The notes under the pieces were generated by a model. It was not told the DNA's origin, made no database searches, and worked only from the letters and a program-made list of their open reading frames with translations. A program made the position numbers and the translations under genes. From Sphyrna mokarran (lineage: Eukaryota): a stretch of 64,000 bases of DNA. The DNA lies in assembly GCA_024679065.1 (NCBI GenBank), contig JAGIQG010000003.1:21948001-22012000 (forward strand), given 5' to 3'. Below, piece after piece: positions 1-14,210 of the stretch (the stretch's first letter is position 1; each line of letters opens with the position of its first letter).

Positions 1-1629
1 GAATACTTTTATCCCATCTGTTTAGGCTGGATTTAACCAAGGTATCAAAGTTAAAAGGCCACCTAAGCACCAGGAGATTTCTAAGAGATGGATGAAGAGA
101 GTAATTTGATTCATGTGATCACAGGCTATGTTTCTTTTACTTTATGTGGCTGATTTGTGTAAAACATATCTTGGGCTGATGAACCACTAGGTTACTGGCA
201 TAAAATAAATCAATGTTTGTATAAAAAGTTACATTTAAATCCACGGTGTTTACCTCATATTTCGTAGTAAAATATAACTTCCAGAAGTTTACTCCTCACG
301 TTGGCATTTGAATCTGATGAGAATGTATCAGTGAAAAGATATTAAATAAGCTTGTTGTCCCTGTTATCTAAACATGAATATGATGCTGTAAGTAACATCA
401 CAAATTTCAATTACTGCCTAAACACAGCATTCATTGCTTGTTGTGTGAAATGTTACCAAAAAGCAGCAACAAAAAAATTTACCTAATCACTTCCCTGCCA
501 AAACATTACTATTTAAGATCACAGTTGCTCTGGATAGCACGTTTAAAAAAATGTTCTATGTACAAAATGGTCTCTTTGATCAGTCTGATGGAACTAAAGT
601 TTCACAAAGCTAATCACACTCCCAAACATCCTAAATTAGATTCTTTTTAAATCATCTGGACGGTTATTAAAAGTGTCTGCATATATCACAAATATTGAAT
701 GCCTTAAGGGCGGGTGCAATACAATATCTTGTTCTGAGCCAACCAAAAGTCCTGAGTGGCAGCTAAAGTTGCTGCCTCTCCAGCGTTGGATTGCATTGTA
801 TTGTTTTTGAATTCTCTGTCTGGAAATTTCTCAAATTTAAGCTGAACAGCATAAGTCTGATGTTTAAATATGCCTTGAATCTGTCCTCTTTATGATATGG
901 AGAATCAGCAGAACACATCAGAACTCAAGCTACTATTGTACCCTTTTCCTGTCCTTATTTATCTCCATTTGCTTTGCACTTTGTGTGTTTGTTTATCTCT
1001 GTGCCAGAGCTTTTGATTTTTCTTTTTTAATATTAATATTTGAAGTAATAAGGAGCTTGCAATTAATGGGTGCAGATACCATTATACCAAACAATTGGCA
1101 TAGAACTATTATCTACTTGCTATAACTCTGTGGGTGAGAGACTGAGTGAAATAGAAATGAGAGTGATAAAGCAGTGGGACAGAGACATTGGATTGAAATA
1201 GTGTCAGCTGTTCTTTGTTAGTTTTATTACATTAATTTTAAACAGAAACCCTACAGTATATTAATAGTGAAGACTGTCCCTTTCAGAGGTTAATGAGTAC
1301 CTTAAAAATGAAATAGTCTTGATTGTGACATATGAGAAAATTGACATTTTATTGTGATATCACCCTTGAGGACAGTAATCTTGTGTTCTATTACCTTTCA
1401 CAACTTTCTGGAGTCTGTAACTCTCCTGTGAGACAGTAGGAAGTAATAAGACTATTATGTCATCTAGGCAATATTACATTAGGGATTGTAGCCTTGGTAT
1501 CATATATCATCAGTAAACTGCAAGCTCCTTTTCCTGAGATGTCACATCAAATGATCAAAGTAGGCAATAATGAAGAAGAAGCTACATATTGATCACTATT
1601 CTGGACACAAAACAAATCCACACAACAGC

Positions 1630-1790
1630 TTGACTAGCTTTTTCTCTCCTTGCCTGGTTCAGGGAAGTTGATGCTAATTGAAGTAGCCCTCCCCAGATGT
1701 GCTATTCCAGCTGACATTAGTTAATCCTGAACAGACAAGAGGTTGAACATGAGACTGGATGGCTCTTTACTGTGCCCTCTGAATCATGGC
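1630..1790 (-). mobile_element. Highly decayed ancient tRNA-derived SINE fragment
   Basis: Loose similarity to 21660-21810 and to recalled old shark SINEs. Confidence 0.3.
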
Positions 1791-4700
1791 AATCATGCTT
1801 GCATTCTGATGCTTTGGGCTGATCAATGAAAATTGTTTTTGAGATCCATGATTCTCCCGGAACAGAAGCTCTGACATGGAATGGTAAACAATCCTGAGAC
1901 AGAATTTAAGAGAAAACTAGAAGTGCACAGAATTGGAAAAGACTGCTTTGATCTACCTGGCTAGCCCGAGTGTCTGGGAAGTATCTTATCTCATGATGCC
2001 TTTCATACTCCTCAGCCAAATGTTTCATCTGGTACTTACCCAACTTTCTCATTAATTAAACTATATAAATATATGTGATTTACATCAGTTCCTTGCAATT
2101 CAGAAACTCCAATTAGTATTTGGATTTCAACTCTTATACAGTGCACAGTTCTGTTTTCCTCTTGACTTTACACAAGTTGGTAGGAGGTTTGTAACAAACG
2201 AATCATGAAAATGGCGCAAACTTTTGGATATGCTATTGTTTGGAATAATTTGTCGAAGAGCTATTTGGTGTTCCAATTCACTAACATTTTCATCGTGAAC
2301 TATCCCAACATTTATAGTGGGATTATTCAGGATAATTGAATATGAATTTGGTTGGAAAAGTTTGCAATGGACAACAGAGTCAAAAATATTCAGCACAGTA
2401 TAATTATGAATGTTCAGTGTGTTTGATAGGAAGTGTGGATGGGATATTTAAATTCAGTAGGAATAGTTTTGATAGAGAATTGCTAATGAGTTTGGAACAC
2501 CAAATAAATTTATGCACAGTAATTTACAGGAATCTTTTGCAGTAGTTTAATCTGGAATTGTTTGGAATAGTTAAGTAAATTGTAAGTAATTGGATGTGAA
2601 ACCTTGAGTACGTTTCAGAGTGCATTTATAGAAAATTAGTGTAAGCAGTGTTTTAATGTGGAATCGTTCCATGCGGAATTATTTAGAACAGTGGAAATTA
2701 TTTTGAGTAATTTGGGAATCATTTGGAAAATACTTTAGGAGATTGCTTGAGTAGATTAAAAGCTTTTTTTGTATTTTTTTGGATAAACAAAAAATAATAT
2801 TTTAGTATTGTATGTAAAATGATTTGAATGGTTTATTGAATAATTTTGTTGAATAATGTGCTAGCTGAGAGAGCAGGGAATCATTTGACATGAAATAGTT
2901 TTAAAGGGAATATTTTGACAGGAAAATCCTTGCCAATAAATTGTTTGAATTCTGTGATTTTAGAATGGCATGATGGAGAATTATAGCTAGATTTAAGTAT
3001 TTGAAGTTCAAATTGTTTTGGATAGTTTGATATTGAATAATTTGGATTTGTTTGATTTACTTAGGGAATGGTTTGAATAGATTAATACGAAATTGTATAA
3101 TCCAGACAATATTGTCTATTTTATTTTTTAGTTACTTATAATTTGGCAAGTTTGTTGAAATTTGTTTGCATACTTGATCAGAACTCATTGTTTAATTATT
3201 TTTTAAATACATGATTGGGACTTGTTCATAGATTATCATAATCAAATAATTCTAATACAGAATCTTGTGGAATAGTTTGAACATTTGATTGTGGAATATT
3301 ATAAAAGGAATTTATTTGAGCTTTTGTATTTATTTGAACTTTTCGAATGACTTCAGTCTAATAATGTAATAGAAAATTGCTTTGAGATTAAGTTGTTTTA
3401 AATTTAATTAGTTAATAGGATTTTTTTAAATTGGGAATTGTTTGGGAATTACTTGAACTGGAATTTGAGTGAGAATTATTGACAGGCGGGAATTAGGAAT
3501 TGTTTGAGAAGGAGATGTATCATAAATATTTGGTTTTAAATTATCTGGATATTTGATCATGAACTGTTTGATACGGAATAATTTTATTGAGAAATGTTCA
3601 AATAGTCTGCTGTGGAACTGTTAAAATAACTAATCAGGAATCATTTGCAGAGAGAATTGTATGATAAGGAATTGCCAGGGAATTGTTTGATGGGGGATTA
3701 TTTCAGTGTTTGATTGTGAATTATGGAATACTTTGGGGGCATGTTTGAATTGGGAATGGCTGAAAGAGGTTCAAGTAGAATTGCTTAATTGGGAATAGAG
3801 GTTTTAAATCAATTGCAAGAACGTTTTGATAGGAATCAATTAGAACAGTAAGTCATTTGATGTTGAATAGTTTCATGTGGAAATTATTTGCCAGATAATT
3901 GTTTTACAAGAGTTTGATTATGAGCTTGTTGCTTTGGCATTTACATGGAATAGTTTGCAAGGGTTTGCTTGGAAAGAAAAATATGTTATGGGATTGTTTA
4001 ACATGGAATTTCTGATATAGATTGCTAGAGGATTGTTTTTAAAGGTCTGAATTTGTTTAGATAATTTTAACAAATGCATTACATAATTTGTTTTGCTCCA
4101 TTTGGTATTGTTTTGTATGATTGATTTGATACATTTCTGGGGAATTCCATGCTATGAACTTGTTTGAAGTAGTTTGGAACAGTTGTGTAATTGAATCAAA
4201 TTGTACATTTTGCCTGCAATGACAACATTTTTAAATACTTTGATAGGAATTACGTTTGAATAACTTGTTGTTCAGTTGCTTAGAGCATGTTGATGATATA
4301 ACACATTTTAAAACATTTTGTTTACATTGATTTGCTAAGGAAAGATCCAAAACAATTTGTTAATATACGGTCCAAATAGATTACTAGGAAATGGTTGAAA
4401 TAGTTCAAAAATGTTTGTATAAGGGGACAGTTAGGGTGGATTTACATAAATAGCTTGGCATAATTTGACTGGATTGCCTCATTAGAAAGGCATGAAATAT
4501 ATTCAAGAAATTGAGATTGATTGGGAACCATTTAGATCCAGTTGTTTGAACTTTATAGATATGGAACAATATGGAATTTGTCAACGTGGAATTATTTGGA
4601 GCACATTATTAGACAATTGTTTGCAATATATGAAGACAAAATTAGAATTGGTCGGAACATTTGGGTGGAGAAGTTTGTGAACAGGTTAATACAGAATTTA

Positions 4701-5274
4701 CAGAACTCTTTTTCTTTTACTTGCCTGAATCAGTTGGTTGAATTTAGGGATTTTATTTGCTTGAAGGATTTTTATAGATCAGACTGAAAAGCAGCTAATT
4801 GAATTTAGGATTACGTTTGCTTGAACGGTTGTTCTAGATTTGAATGAAGTTGAAGTATTTGTTCCACTTTTCTAATAAATCCTTTTATAATAAATAATTA
4901 AATATGAGATGGCTTGTTTGATGTGAGGTGTATGGAACTGTTTAGGATGGAATATCATATTAAATCAGAAAAGTTACCAGAGTTATTTACATTGTTTTGA
5001 TCCAGAAAGATTTAGCAATAGCTTGATGAAAAGTCTTTGCATAATTTGAAAAGTAGTTGCAATGCTTCCAAGTTAAACAGTTTGACCAATTAAAGGTGAA
5101 ATAATTAGCACCACCGAAAACCATTTAAAGTTAGATCCGTTCTGCAATTTGTTAAATACTTGAATTAGTTTATTCTTATGTCACCTTGAGTTTCAAACAA
5201 GTTGATTTGAATTGCAAGTGAATTTCATTTTTTTTTACATGAAAATGTGATTATGTAATTTGCAAAAGAAGCAA

Positions 5275-5515
5275 GTCCGGTGTGAGAAAATTCCTTCTCA
5301 CACAGCGAATGATTTGGGTCTAAAATGCACTGCCTGGAAGTGTGGCGGAAGCAGGTTTAATCTAAGCATTCAAGGCAGCCTTACATGATTATTTGAATCG
5401 AAACAATGTGGAGAGGTATGGGGAAAAGACATGGGATTGGCACTAAGTCCTGATGCTCATTTGGAAAGCCAGCACAGACATGATGGACCAAATGGTCTCC
5501 TTTTTCACCGTAATA
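5275..5515 (+). mobile_element. CR1-type LINE 3' fragment
   Basis: Contains 'ttctcacacagcgaatg...aatgcactgcctggaagtgtggcggaagcagg...gatggaccaaatggtctcc', a typical CR1 ORF2 end and 3'UTR. Confidence 0.75.
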
Positions 5516-6169
5516 ATTTTCTGTCAGTGAATTTAGATTGATTGACTCTGGAAAGAGCAACTGGAATTATCCATGCATTTGGAGTTGTTATGTATGAAAC
5601 CATTGTTGAATTTTGAACCACCTAAATCTGGAATACACAATAAATTCAGAATAGTTATTTGAAGATCATTTTTGCTTGTCAGTAAATTTATAAACATTTG
5701 AAGTAGAATTGTGAGTGAAATTTGTGTTATGGAATAGTAGATAAGTTGTTGAAATTTTTGGGTAAATTATCAGTGAGTATGATATCTTTGGGTATACAAC
5801 TCACTGATTTTGGAATAATTGTTCGTGTAACTGATATTGATGAGTTTGTGGTCATTTGATACAAAATTCGTTTGCAACAGATGGATGATGAATTGATTAA
5901 CAACTGTTGGTGAATTTGGAGTTATTTAATCTGTAATCTTAAACTTGAAATAATGAAATGTGGAATTGTCAATCATATCTAGAGTATTTTAACATACAGT
6001 TGATGGTGAGTTGAATGTAGAATTGACATGGAACCACCTGGTCAATTTAAAGTTTACTGCAATGAATTTGAAGTAAATCAACTCCAATCTCAAAGATAAT
6101 TCTATGTTACTCTATTTGACATGTGTTGGCTATTCTGACTTAAATGAATCCAAACTCACTGACATTCAT

Positions 6170-6295
6170 TCCTCATCCAACATAGTGAAACAGATTAATT
6201 GGTCATTCATCTCATTTCTGGATAAAGGACCTTGCTATGGGCAAATTGACCATAATGTTTGACTGCATTCATTTGAAAAAATGATTAATTACCAT
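6170..6295 (+). mobile_element. Deu-SINE (SacSINE1-like) 3' fragment
   Basis: Contains 'aacagattaattggtcattcatctcattt...ggaccttgctatgggcaaattg'. Confidence 0.55.
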
Positions 6296-6320
6296 CATAC
6301 CACCTGGACTGCACAAGTGA

Positions 6321-6525
6321 CCCGACTTGAGTCATTGTCTGTGCAGAGTCTGCATGTTCTCCCTGTGTCTGCGTGGGTGTCCTCTGGGTGTTTCAGTTTC
6401 CTCGCACGGCCCAAAAGATATGCTGATTAAGTGCATTGGGCATTCCCTCAGTGTACCTGAACAGACGCCAGAGTGTGGCATTGCAGTGTTAAGGTAAGAC
6501 ATTTGTGATACCATTAAATAAACTT
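6321..6525 (+). mobile_element. HE1-like V-SINE, 5'-truncated, type-B tail
   Basis: Core 'gcatgttctccctgtgtctgcgtggg' and tail 'ttgcagtgttaa...ttgtgatacc...aaataaac'. Confidence 0.85.
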
Positions 6526-7702
6526 AAACTGCTTTGGGACAGTCTTTGGGAAAATGATCCTATATAACTCCAAGTTGTGATTGTTTGGATATTGAGATTG
6601 GATGTTGTTTGTTGTGGAATTGTTGTTGAATTTGAAAGGATTTGATGCAGAATTAGAACTACTTTGCATCCCTTTTGTTTACAATAGTTGGTAAATTTGG
6701 AACATGGGGAATTGTTCATGCAGTTAGAGTGGTTTGTGAAATTGTAGACAAGTTGATACTCTTGCTGAATTCTTTGATTTGGGATAGGTGGACCATTTTG
6801 AATGGTTTGATTGTAGATTTCTGAGAAGTATGGAGTAGAACAACTCTGGAAGTTTGATAGAGTTTGGCATAGAATCACTCTAAATGTTTTGGTAGGGGAT
6901 TGTTACTAAGTTTAGATCAATTGAAAATGAAATAATTTTAATTGGTTTGGTTCAGCTATCAGATTGGAGCAGTTTGTGGTTTAAGTTATGCGCTTGGAAA
7001 TACATTCATTGTAGTTTTCATGTCTGCTATTGTAAGATATGCGTATGTGGAAATAAAAAAAAGCTATAAATACACACATCGTCTGTGTGAATAAAGCAAG
7101 TTTAATGTTTTGGATGGAATCTTTTGCCAAAATTGGTGATGAATTCATGGGTTTTTTTAACTTGGTTTGAAGTGATTTTTCAGTGCCTTTTATTCCCCTA
7201 AACCTTTGGGATTCAAAATAGCAACAAAGAAGTCTTTGTGAATATCATGTTGATTAGAATCTTCTCCAGTGTTTAACTTTGACATTTAAATTGTTTATTT
7301 TTCCCAATGATTAAATGAGGTAAGTAATCATTATAGAAAAATGAGAATTGCTCCTCCTTGATGTGAATGTAATCAGATTGGTGTAACTGTTGACAGTAAT
7401 GGGAGGCGGCATTTGTGGAATGGTTCCCCCCGAGGCCGATACTGTAGTTGTTAGGCCAATTAGAATAACTGGTTGTGGTTTCAGTTAATAGAAAACTAGA
7501 TTTCTTTTTATTTGAAATGCACAGATCAGTGTGTCAATCTGCTGGGTACAATAGCATCGCTATAAGATTACTTTTTTGCTTATCAGTGTTTTATGTAAAA
7601 TAAGAATGTTCTGTATTATTTACTACTGATGGGGATTTTGTATGAATGTTGATTCTCTGCTATATTTGTTTAATAAGTAACTTGCATTTCAAAATGGAAG
7701 GA

Positions 7703-8240
7703 AACACTTGCATTTATGTAGTTCCTTTCACATCTACAGGATGTTTCCAAACACTTCACCATCAGCTAATTATCTTTGAGATTTAGGGTAGAATTTCCCT
7801 GATTTTGGGGAATGGAAGTGGGAGCCAAAGAGATCTGGTGGAGTTCGTCTGAGAAAATCGTGGGGCTACATGTGGAAGAGCTGCCCGTCGATGGGCAGCC
7901 AATTAACATACTTAAGAACCCGATTCTGTGGGTGGCAAATATCACACAAAGAATAAGAAAGTTGTCAATTAAATTGTTTCAGAAATTTTGCTGAAATGGT
8001 GAATATTGGCCAAGCCTCTGAGAGAATTCATCAGCTTTTATTTATGTAGAACCATGGAATCCCTTGCATCCTACTGAAAAAGCAAACAGAAGTGCAGTTT
8101 AACTTCTGATCTGAAACCCAGCTCCATTAACGGTGCAGTGCTCCCTCAGTTACTGTTCTTGGATATCAGACTGTTCCAGAGTTGGATTCGGATCCTTGAT
8201 CCTCTGACTTAAATCAATAATATTAGCACTGAGTCTTGGC
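7703..8240 (-). mobile_element. Deu-SINE (SacSINE1-like), interrupted by a MITE-like fragment at ~7786-7925
   Basis: Tail 'cttgcatttatgtagttcctttcac' and reverse Deu domain 'aatattggccaag...ccatggaatccc...gtttaacttctgatctgaaa...gtgcagtgctccctcag'. Confidence 0.7.
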
Positions 8241-8396
8241 TGACAATATCAGTCCTTATTAAACAAGCACAATAGACTCTCACTCAGATGCAGTGCATTA
8301 ATACGCCAGTGCCATAGTTGGGTAGCAGGTTACCATCCTTCCATCAGCCTTCAACTTCCACCCACCCCAAGTGACCTAGCAATAGGATGAGAGATT

Positions 8397-8522
8397 TGCC
8401 GGAACTCTACCACCCCACCTGCCATGGAATCGGAGCAGTCAAGAGGTGGACAGTGGAAAGATGTGTTGACCTTGCGTGGGTTTTTCTGGTATCAGGTCAA
8501 GCGAGGCCATAAAATCCCATCC
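8397..8522. mobile_element. ~125-bp MITE-like element
   Basis: Imperfect TIRs (gccggaactctac...ataaaatcccatcc); similar to 15915 and 16553. Confidence 0.65.
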
Positions 8523-8747
8523 ATTAGGTCCCAAAGAAAGAAATGCAAATGATTGGTCAGCCAAAGCTGTTAACCCAAACCCTTCCTTCGTGACTGGCTC
8601 AGAAGGAGCATTAGTTGAGGCTGAGAACAGTTGCTCGACCATCATTTTATTCAGAGAACATGCAATTAATGCAAAAATTATAGGCTGCTTTTGTTGGAAA
8701 TACTCACCAGGTCAAGCAACATTGGTGGAGAGAAAAACAGAGTTAAT

Positions 8748-8850
8748 GGGTGGGATTTTACAGTCTTGCTTGGGCGACTCCAAAAATTCCTGGTAGGGGT
8801 TAACAGAGGTTTCCATTGTCGAATTCTCGCCCATGCCAATTCCATGGTGA
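8748..8850. mobile_element. Partial MITE-like element, opposite orientation
   Basis: Starts gggtgggattttacag; same family as 15474. Confidence 0.5.
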
Positions 8851-8859
8851 ATGAGGTGG

Positions 8860-9800
8860 TATTGTACTGGCTAATGTTTCAGTTTGATACTTCATTAGAA
8901 TTGGACGAAATTGGAGATGTAACAGGTTTTCAATAACTACAGAGGCAGGAGATGGGTGAAAGGGAGGAAAAAGCAAAAAGAAAGTTCTATGACAGGAAGA
9001 TCAGTGAGTAAATGATAAAACCTCCTAGAATCATAATCGGGTTCTGTTTGTGTTCATTTTCCACCCCATGAATCTTATTTTTCATCAGATCATTCTCTTC
9101 CTTTTTTCATCTCCTCCAACATGATGCCAGGCTGGAACACCTTGTCTCCATTCTGCATTCCATAGGGGACATTCCCTCTGTGATAGCCTGATCCACTTCT
9201 CAGGCACGCCACCCCCTCCCTCTCCCCCTCCCCAATACTTCATCCTCATCTAATAGTACCTTCCCATATAAAAACAGAAGTGTGGTACCTGGCCTTTTAC
9301 ACTCATCCCTTCCCATGTCCAGGACTTTGGACACTTCTTCTAGCTAACAGTGATTTACTTGCAGTCCTTTCGATTTACTATACTATATCCACTGCTAACA
9401 ATGCAGTTTCCTCTACAGTGAGGAGAGCAAATGGAGATTGAGTGAACACTTTGCAGAATGCCTCCGTTCAGTCTGCAGGCATGACTCTGAGCTTCCAGTT
9501 ACTTGTCATTTTTAATTCTCCACCCCATTCCCACTCTGACATCTCTCTCCACAGCCTTTACTCAGCTCTCATGAAACTCAATGAAGCTCAAGCAACAACA
9601 TCTCGTCTTTCAATTAGGCATTTTTACAGCCTTCTGGACTCATCATTGAGTGCAATAATTTCAGATCATAACTGCTGCCACCATCCTTCTTGCAGACAGC
9701 AGTTGCTGGTAACAATTATACTTTTTTGTCATTTTCACCTACTCGAGATTCAACTTTTGTTTCTTTTATTGTCCAATTAGCAGTCTCTTTTGCCTTGCAT
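8860..9800 (+). mobile_element. Penelope-like element remnant: inverted terminal piece (8860-9000) plus decayed GIY-YIG endonuclease end (9120-9660)
   Basis: Translates LLYYIHC*QCSFLYSEESKWRLSEHFAECLRSV...FNSPPHSHSD, a decayed version of the PLE GIY-YIG C-terminus. Confidence 0.7.
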
Positions 9801-11666
9801 GTAACGAATGGGATGTAAACCAAATTAAGTGTTGAAACAAAAATTTAACAACTTTTGTTAAAGACCTTGTTGGATTGTATAAATATAATCATTTTTTGTT
9901 CACTGCATCCAGCTGAAGCCAGATTCTGTCTGAATTATGTTTGGCCCCTCCAGCATGTACAGGGTAAGGATTATTGACTGAGTATTTGAATAGATCTCTC
10001 CTTTATTCCATGCCATTGCAAGACTGAGTGACGTAGGATGCTATGGGGCTGCCTCTTGTAGCACAGTCAGTATTGACTGCTCAGGAGCCATAATGGGAGG
10101 TCTGAAGCATTTCAATCAAACTGCTGAACTGCTTATCCCAAATAGCTGCGGCAACCCAGTTTTTATTATTTTTTAGTAGCTTGCAAGTGCATGTTTGTTC
10201 TCCCTGGCCCCACAATTTTTTTAACGCGTCTTTTGAAGGTCAACAGTTTGTACAGGGTGGAGAATCCAAGGGGAATTTGTCACTGAGTGGATCAGAAAAC
10301 TCACCGCAAAGGATTCCATCTAAATAATAGAACACCAACTGTAAAAGGTGTTTGTGAGACTCCCACCTGAGTCAGGTAGGATCCATAACCTAATATGAAG
10401 TTATCACTGGAAAGATAGCAGAGGCAGGTCTTTCTCTTTTATTTCCACTCAATCGTTTACATCATGGGGAGAGAGTTCAAATCCCTCTCGATGTGTGTTA
10501 TGCCATAGTGAATGCTAATGTGCCAGAGAAAGAGCTGAATTGTGGTTAAAAAAAAAAAGGATAGGAGAATCATGAATTAGAAAAGGCCTCTGATCTTCAG
10601 TTTCCCTATTTTTCCTCACCCCCTGACCCCATAATTGGAGGGTTCACAACTTGTAATTAGTGGTCAGAAAATTTGTGTCTCCTTGTGTCCCTGTTTCCAT
10701 CCAGTCACACTTAACTTTATTACCTTCTTTGGAAGGACCTTTTTGGAGCAAGAAATCCATGGCTTCTTCCTCAAAGGAGCAAGGCTGCTCCTCACCCTTC
10801 TCATCGCTCTGGTCATTTTCAGGGCAGAACATTTCTTCCCATGCAATGTGGAGGCTAATTTCAAAAGGGAAGCTGCTTAGCAAAGGTTCTTGCCATGTAT
10901 CTCCTTGAGCAAAATAAGTGATGGTGCACCAGTGACCCAGAATACAACTCTTCTAACTTCCATTTCAATCAAATCAATGGAACTGAAAATTGGGAAAGAT
11001 GTATAATGGGAAACTGATTCAACATTGCCTATTTTTCACTGTTGACCAAAGTCAAAGTTATTGCACTTAACCCCAATGCATTCCCTGCATAACAATTGGT
11101 ATACACATTGAACATTGCAATACTCTTCAGATATTCAAAACATTATGTAGGTCCATTGTTGACATGTATTGCACCAGGAATGCAGAGTCCCACATAAAGG
11201 GGGCTCATGACTTTTGCATTAATGATAAATAATTGGCCTTCCTCTGCACCTTATTCAGCTCTTATACTGAATTTCCATTATGTTCAACAGTAAAATCTTG
11301 TCCATCAACTCTGCCTCTGTGCCTTTCCCCCACATTGATGCATACCTCAATTATTCTGCACAAGTAAAATTAAGAAAGTTATTACTTTGTGTAGGATTAT
11401 TGGTAGTCTTAGACCAATTTTTTAATCCCACATCTTCTCCTCTCAATCACAATATAGGGAATACCACAAATTCTCTTTGATCAGCTATTATTCAATGTTA
11501 TTTTCAATCATTATCTCATTGTCCTGAGTAGGTTGCTAATCAATCTTGTATGTGCTTAGATCAATGTAAGAATTCATTGTTAGGTTTAGAAATTTCAATG
11601 TGCACCCAGTCTGCTGCTAATTGTTACATTTTCCCTTCTGTCACTGCTCATTGAAAAGAATATTTT

Positions 11667-11979
11667 AAAGTTTATTTATTATTGTCAGAATTAGGCTTAC
11701 ATTAACACTGCAATGAACTTACTGTGAAAATCCCCTAGTTGTCACACTGCGGAGACTGTTTGGGTACGCATGAGGGGGAATTTAACATGGCCAATGCACT
11801 TAACCAGCACATTTTTCAGATCGTGGGAGGAAACCGGAGTACCTGAATGAAACCTGTGCAGATACGAGTAGAAAGTGCAGACTCTGTAGATACGAGTAGA
11901 TAGTGACCCAAGCCAGGAATTGAACCGGGTCCCTGGCTTTGTGTGGCAGCAGTGTGAACCACTGTACCACTGTGCCACC
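11667..11979 (-). mobile_element. HE1-like V-SINE, type-B tail
   Basis: tRNA-like head, V-domain (tggccaatgcacttaacc) and tail 'ttacattaacactgcaatgaa'. Confidence 0.9.
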
Positions 11980-12852
11980 TCTATATCCCTGTTTAATTCT
12001 AACACTCTACCCTCCTTCCTATTCTGAATGTATTTCAATGCAGATTGTTAGGATGCATGTTTACCTGATTCAAATATAAAGGTCTATATTCACAAGAGTA
12101 CAGAATTCCATGAAAGATATATTCCAGGCTAACTCTAGAGGTCACTGCCGATTCTGTTTTGTTCTGTGGCTTCTTTAATTAGTGGAGAATTTTCTTGGTT
12201 GCAATTTTGATTCATTGCTTCAATATGAACAGGGAGTTGATGGACATTTGGTCAAGATTTCAGGTACACGTAAATGGCTCTGCCAGGCATAAAGATACCT
12301 GGCATTAGCTTGAATTATTTTATGAATATATCCCAACATTTTAACTCAGGAGGAATGTGGTGGATAATTTAAAATTGATACGCATGCTCTGCTATTAACA
12401 TTTGCATGAAGATATTGAGTATTTTACTTGAGTTTTCTTTATGTTATTGACAAAGAGAGAGGCATCAGCGATAAAGGGTTGCTGTCAAATTGAAAGAAAA
12501 AATTTCAGCGAGTGCTACTGTACAGGTAAATGAAAGTGTGAAATGTAGAACACAGGATGTGGACTGTAATGAATGGGGAGAGATAGTGATGAAAATGAGA
12601 AATGGAACAATAAGAGTGGGGATATGCACATGATTGGTCATGGTCCACCTCAAATAGGTTTGCTGTTAAATATGCCTCAGATTAACCTGTTATTTGTATG
12701 TAACATAAATGTTCTATCATATATTTTAAAATATAAGATGAGTTATGAGGATATTAGTCACATGCCTCAATACTTCTTCAAGTGTATACTGTCAACATCA
12801 TCATCATATGTGCTTTGGTAAAGTCAATTTACTCATCAAGATTTTCATCAAG

Positions 12853-13030
12853 TCATGGAAGCAGATATGATAGTGACTTTTAAGGGGTGTTTGGACAAAT
12901 ACATGAATAGAATGGGAATAGAGGGGTCTGGGCCCCAGAAGGATAAGGGGTTTTTCTTCAGATGGGCAGCATGGTCAAAGCTGGCTGGAGGGTTAAAGGG
13001 CTTGTTTTTTTGTCTTTGTTCTATCGCAAT
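12853..13030 (+). mobile_element. CR1-type LINE 3' fragment
   Basis: Translates MEADMIVTFKGCLDKYMN, followed by a CR1-type 3'UTR. Confidence 0.75.
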
Positions 13031-14210
13031 CCTTTACAGATTACAATGGAGCTTTCATCACATATGTTGGGAGGTGTAAGGGCAGGAATGTTTTGCTATG
13101 ATGAGCCTACAGCTACCAATGCTACCATTATCAGATTCCACAGCCTGTATAGATATTTCCTATGTTTAAATCATCAATGATTTTTCTTTACCTATTTGCA
13201 TATTTTACAACATGGCATGATGTTTTTAGCTGCTACATTGAAGAATGCAGTAGGTTCTGACTTCGGACTCCCAGGTGTTGAGCAAATGATCTCCACCAGG
13301 GTAACTGGTTGTCAGCAGGGCTGTTTTCCTCTAGTCAAACAGCCCATTGAACTATATTGCACTTTGTCGCAACTGGAACAGGCCTGGGAGATAATTTGCC
13401 AGGCAAGGATCTGCACTGACAAATATCATGCCTTCTGCAACAGGGCAAGTAGCAGAGAACTAACTTCAAAATAATTTGGTGGGGGGATGGGAGTATGAGG
13501 ATGTTTATTTAACTGGATTTATCAGGCCCATTGTCCCATTGGAGGCTTTGAGTATTCACAACTCATTGTCTTAGACTTCAAGTGGATGAAGATTGATCTG
13601 GACATATGAGTGATGATTTTCCAACACTGCTCACTGTGAACAAGACTTTATATCATAGAAGAAAGAACATTATATTTTCCTGTATGGTTAGGAATCCCTG
13701 TTTTGAAGTGTAATTGGCTTCTGACTTTTTAATGGAAATCCAGAAGCCATACTGTGACATTGTTGTGTCAGATTTTCTGGAATTTTGTGTACACAGCAAA
13801 ATAAAATGGAACTAAAGTCACACAAATGAGAGCAGTGCAGCATTACTCTACACTTTTAGATATGAGAGGATTAAATGGAAAGGATTTTGTCACATAACTT
13901 TAGCAAGTTAGACTGTGCTCACATTTATATGCTTGTTCTAGCACCTTTTCTCTATGATTTCCAAAATTATGTTGAATGAAGTTGCATCAATGCTGTAAAC
14001 AAGACAGATAGGAATATCCATTCATTTACTGGTTTTTTTTCTTCCCTTTATGTTCATTACTAGTCCTTGAGACCTATATGGAGAAAAAACACTTTTCTAC
14101 TTGTTCATGTCAAAGATAAAAGAGGAGGTTGTTTCAATCTCATTGATCTTGTGATTATTTACAGTAACCTGTGCTAGATAATTCTTACTAATTTGATTGC
14201 CTATAAATAA

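Larger units (their letters stand above)
2200..7150 (+). repeat. Highly degenerate minisatellite-like region (approx. GGAATTGTTTGA-based units)
   Basis: GGAATTGTTTG or variants recur (2554, 3434, 3496, 3679, 6616, 6708), often about 15 or 24 nt apart. The + strand is strongly C-poor. Confidence 0.6.

Noticed and set aside
10600-11640. Four overlapping ORFs and a Cys-rich minus-strand translation suggesting a pseudogene or transposase relic
   Set aside because: Multiple stops and no family motif I can recognise. A TBLASTX/Dfam search would be needed, so it is not called.
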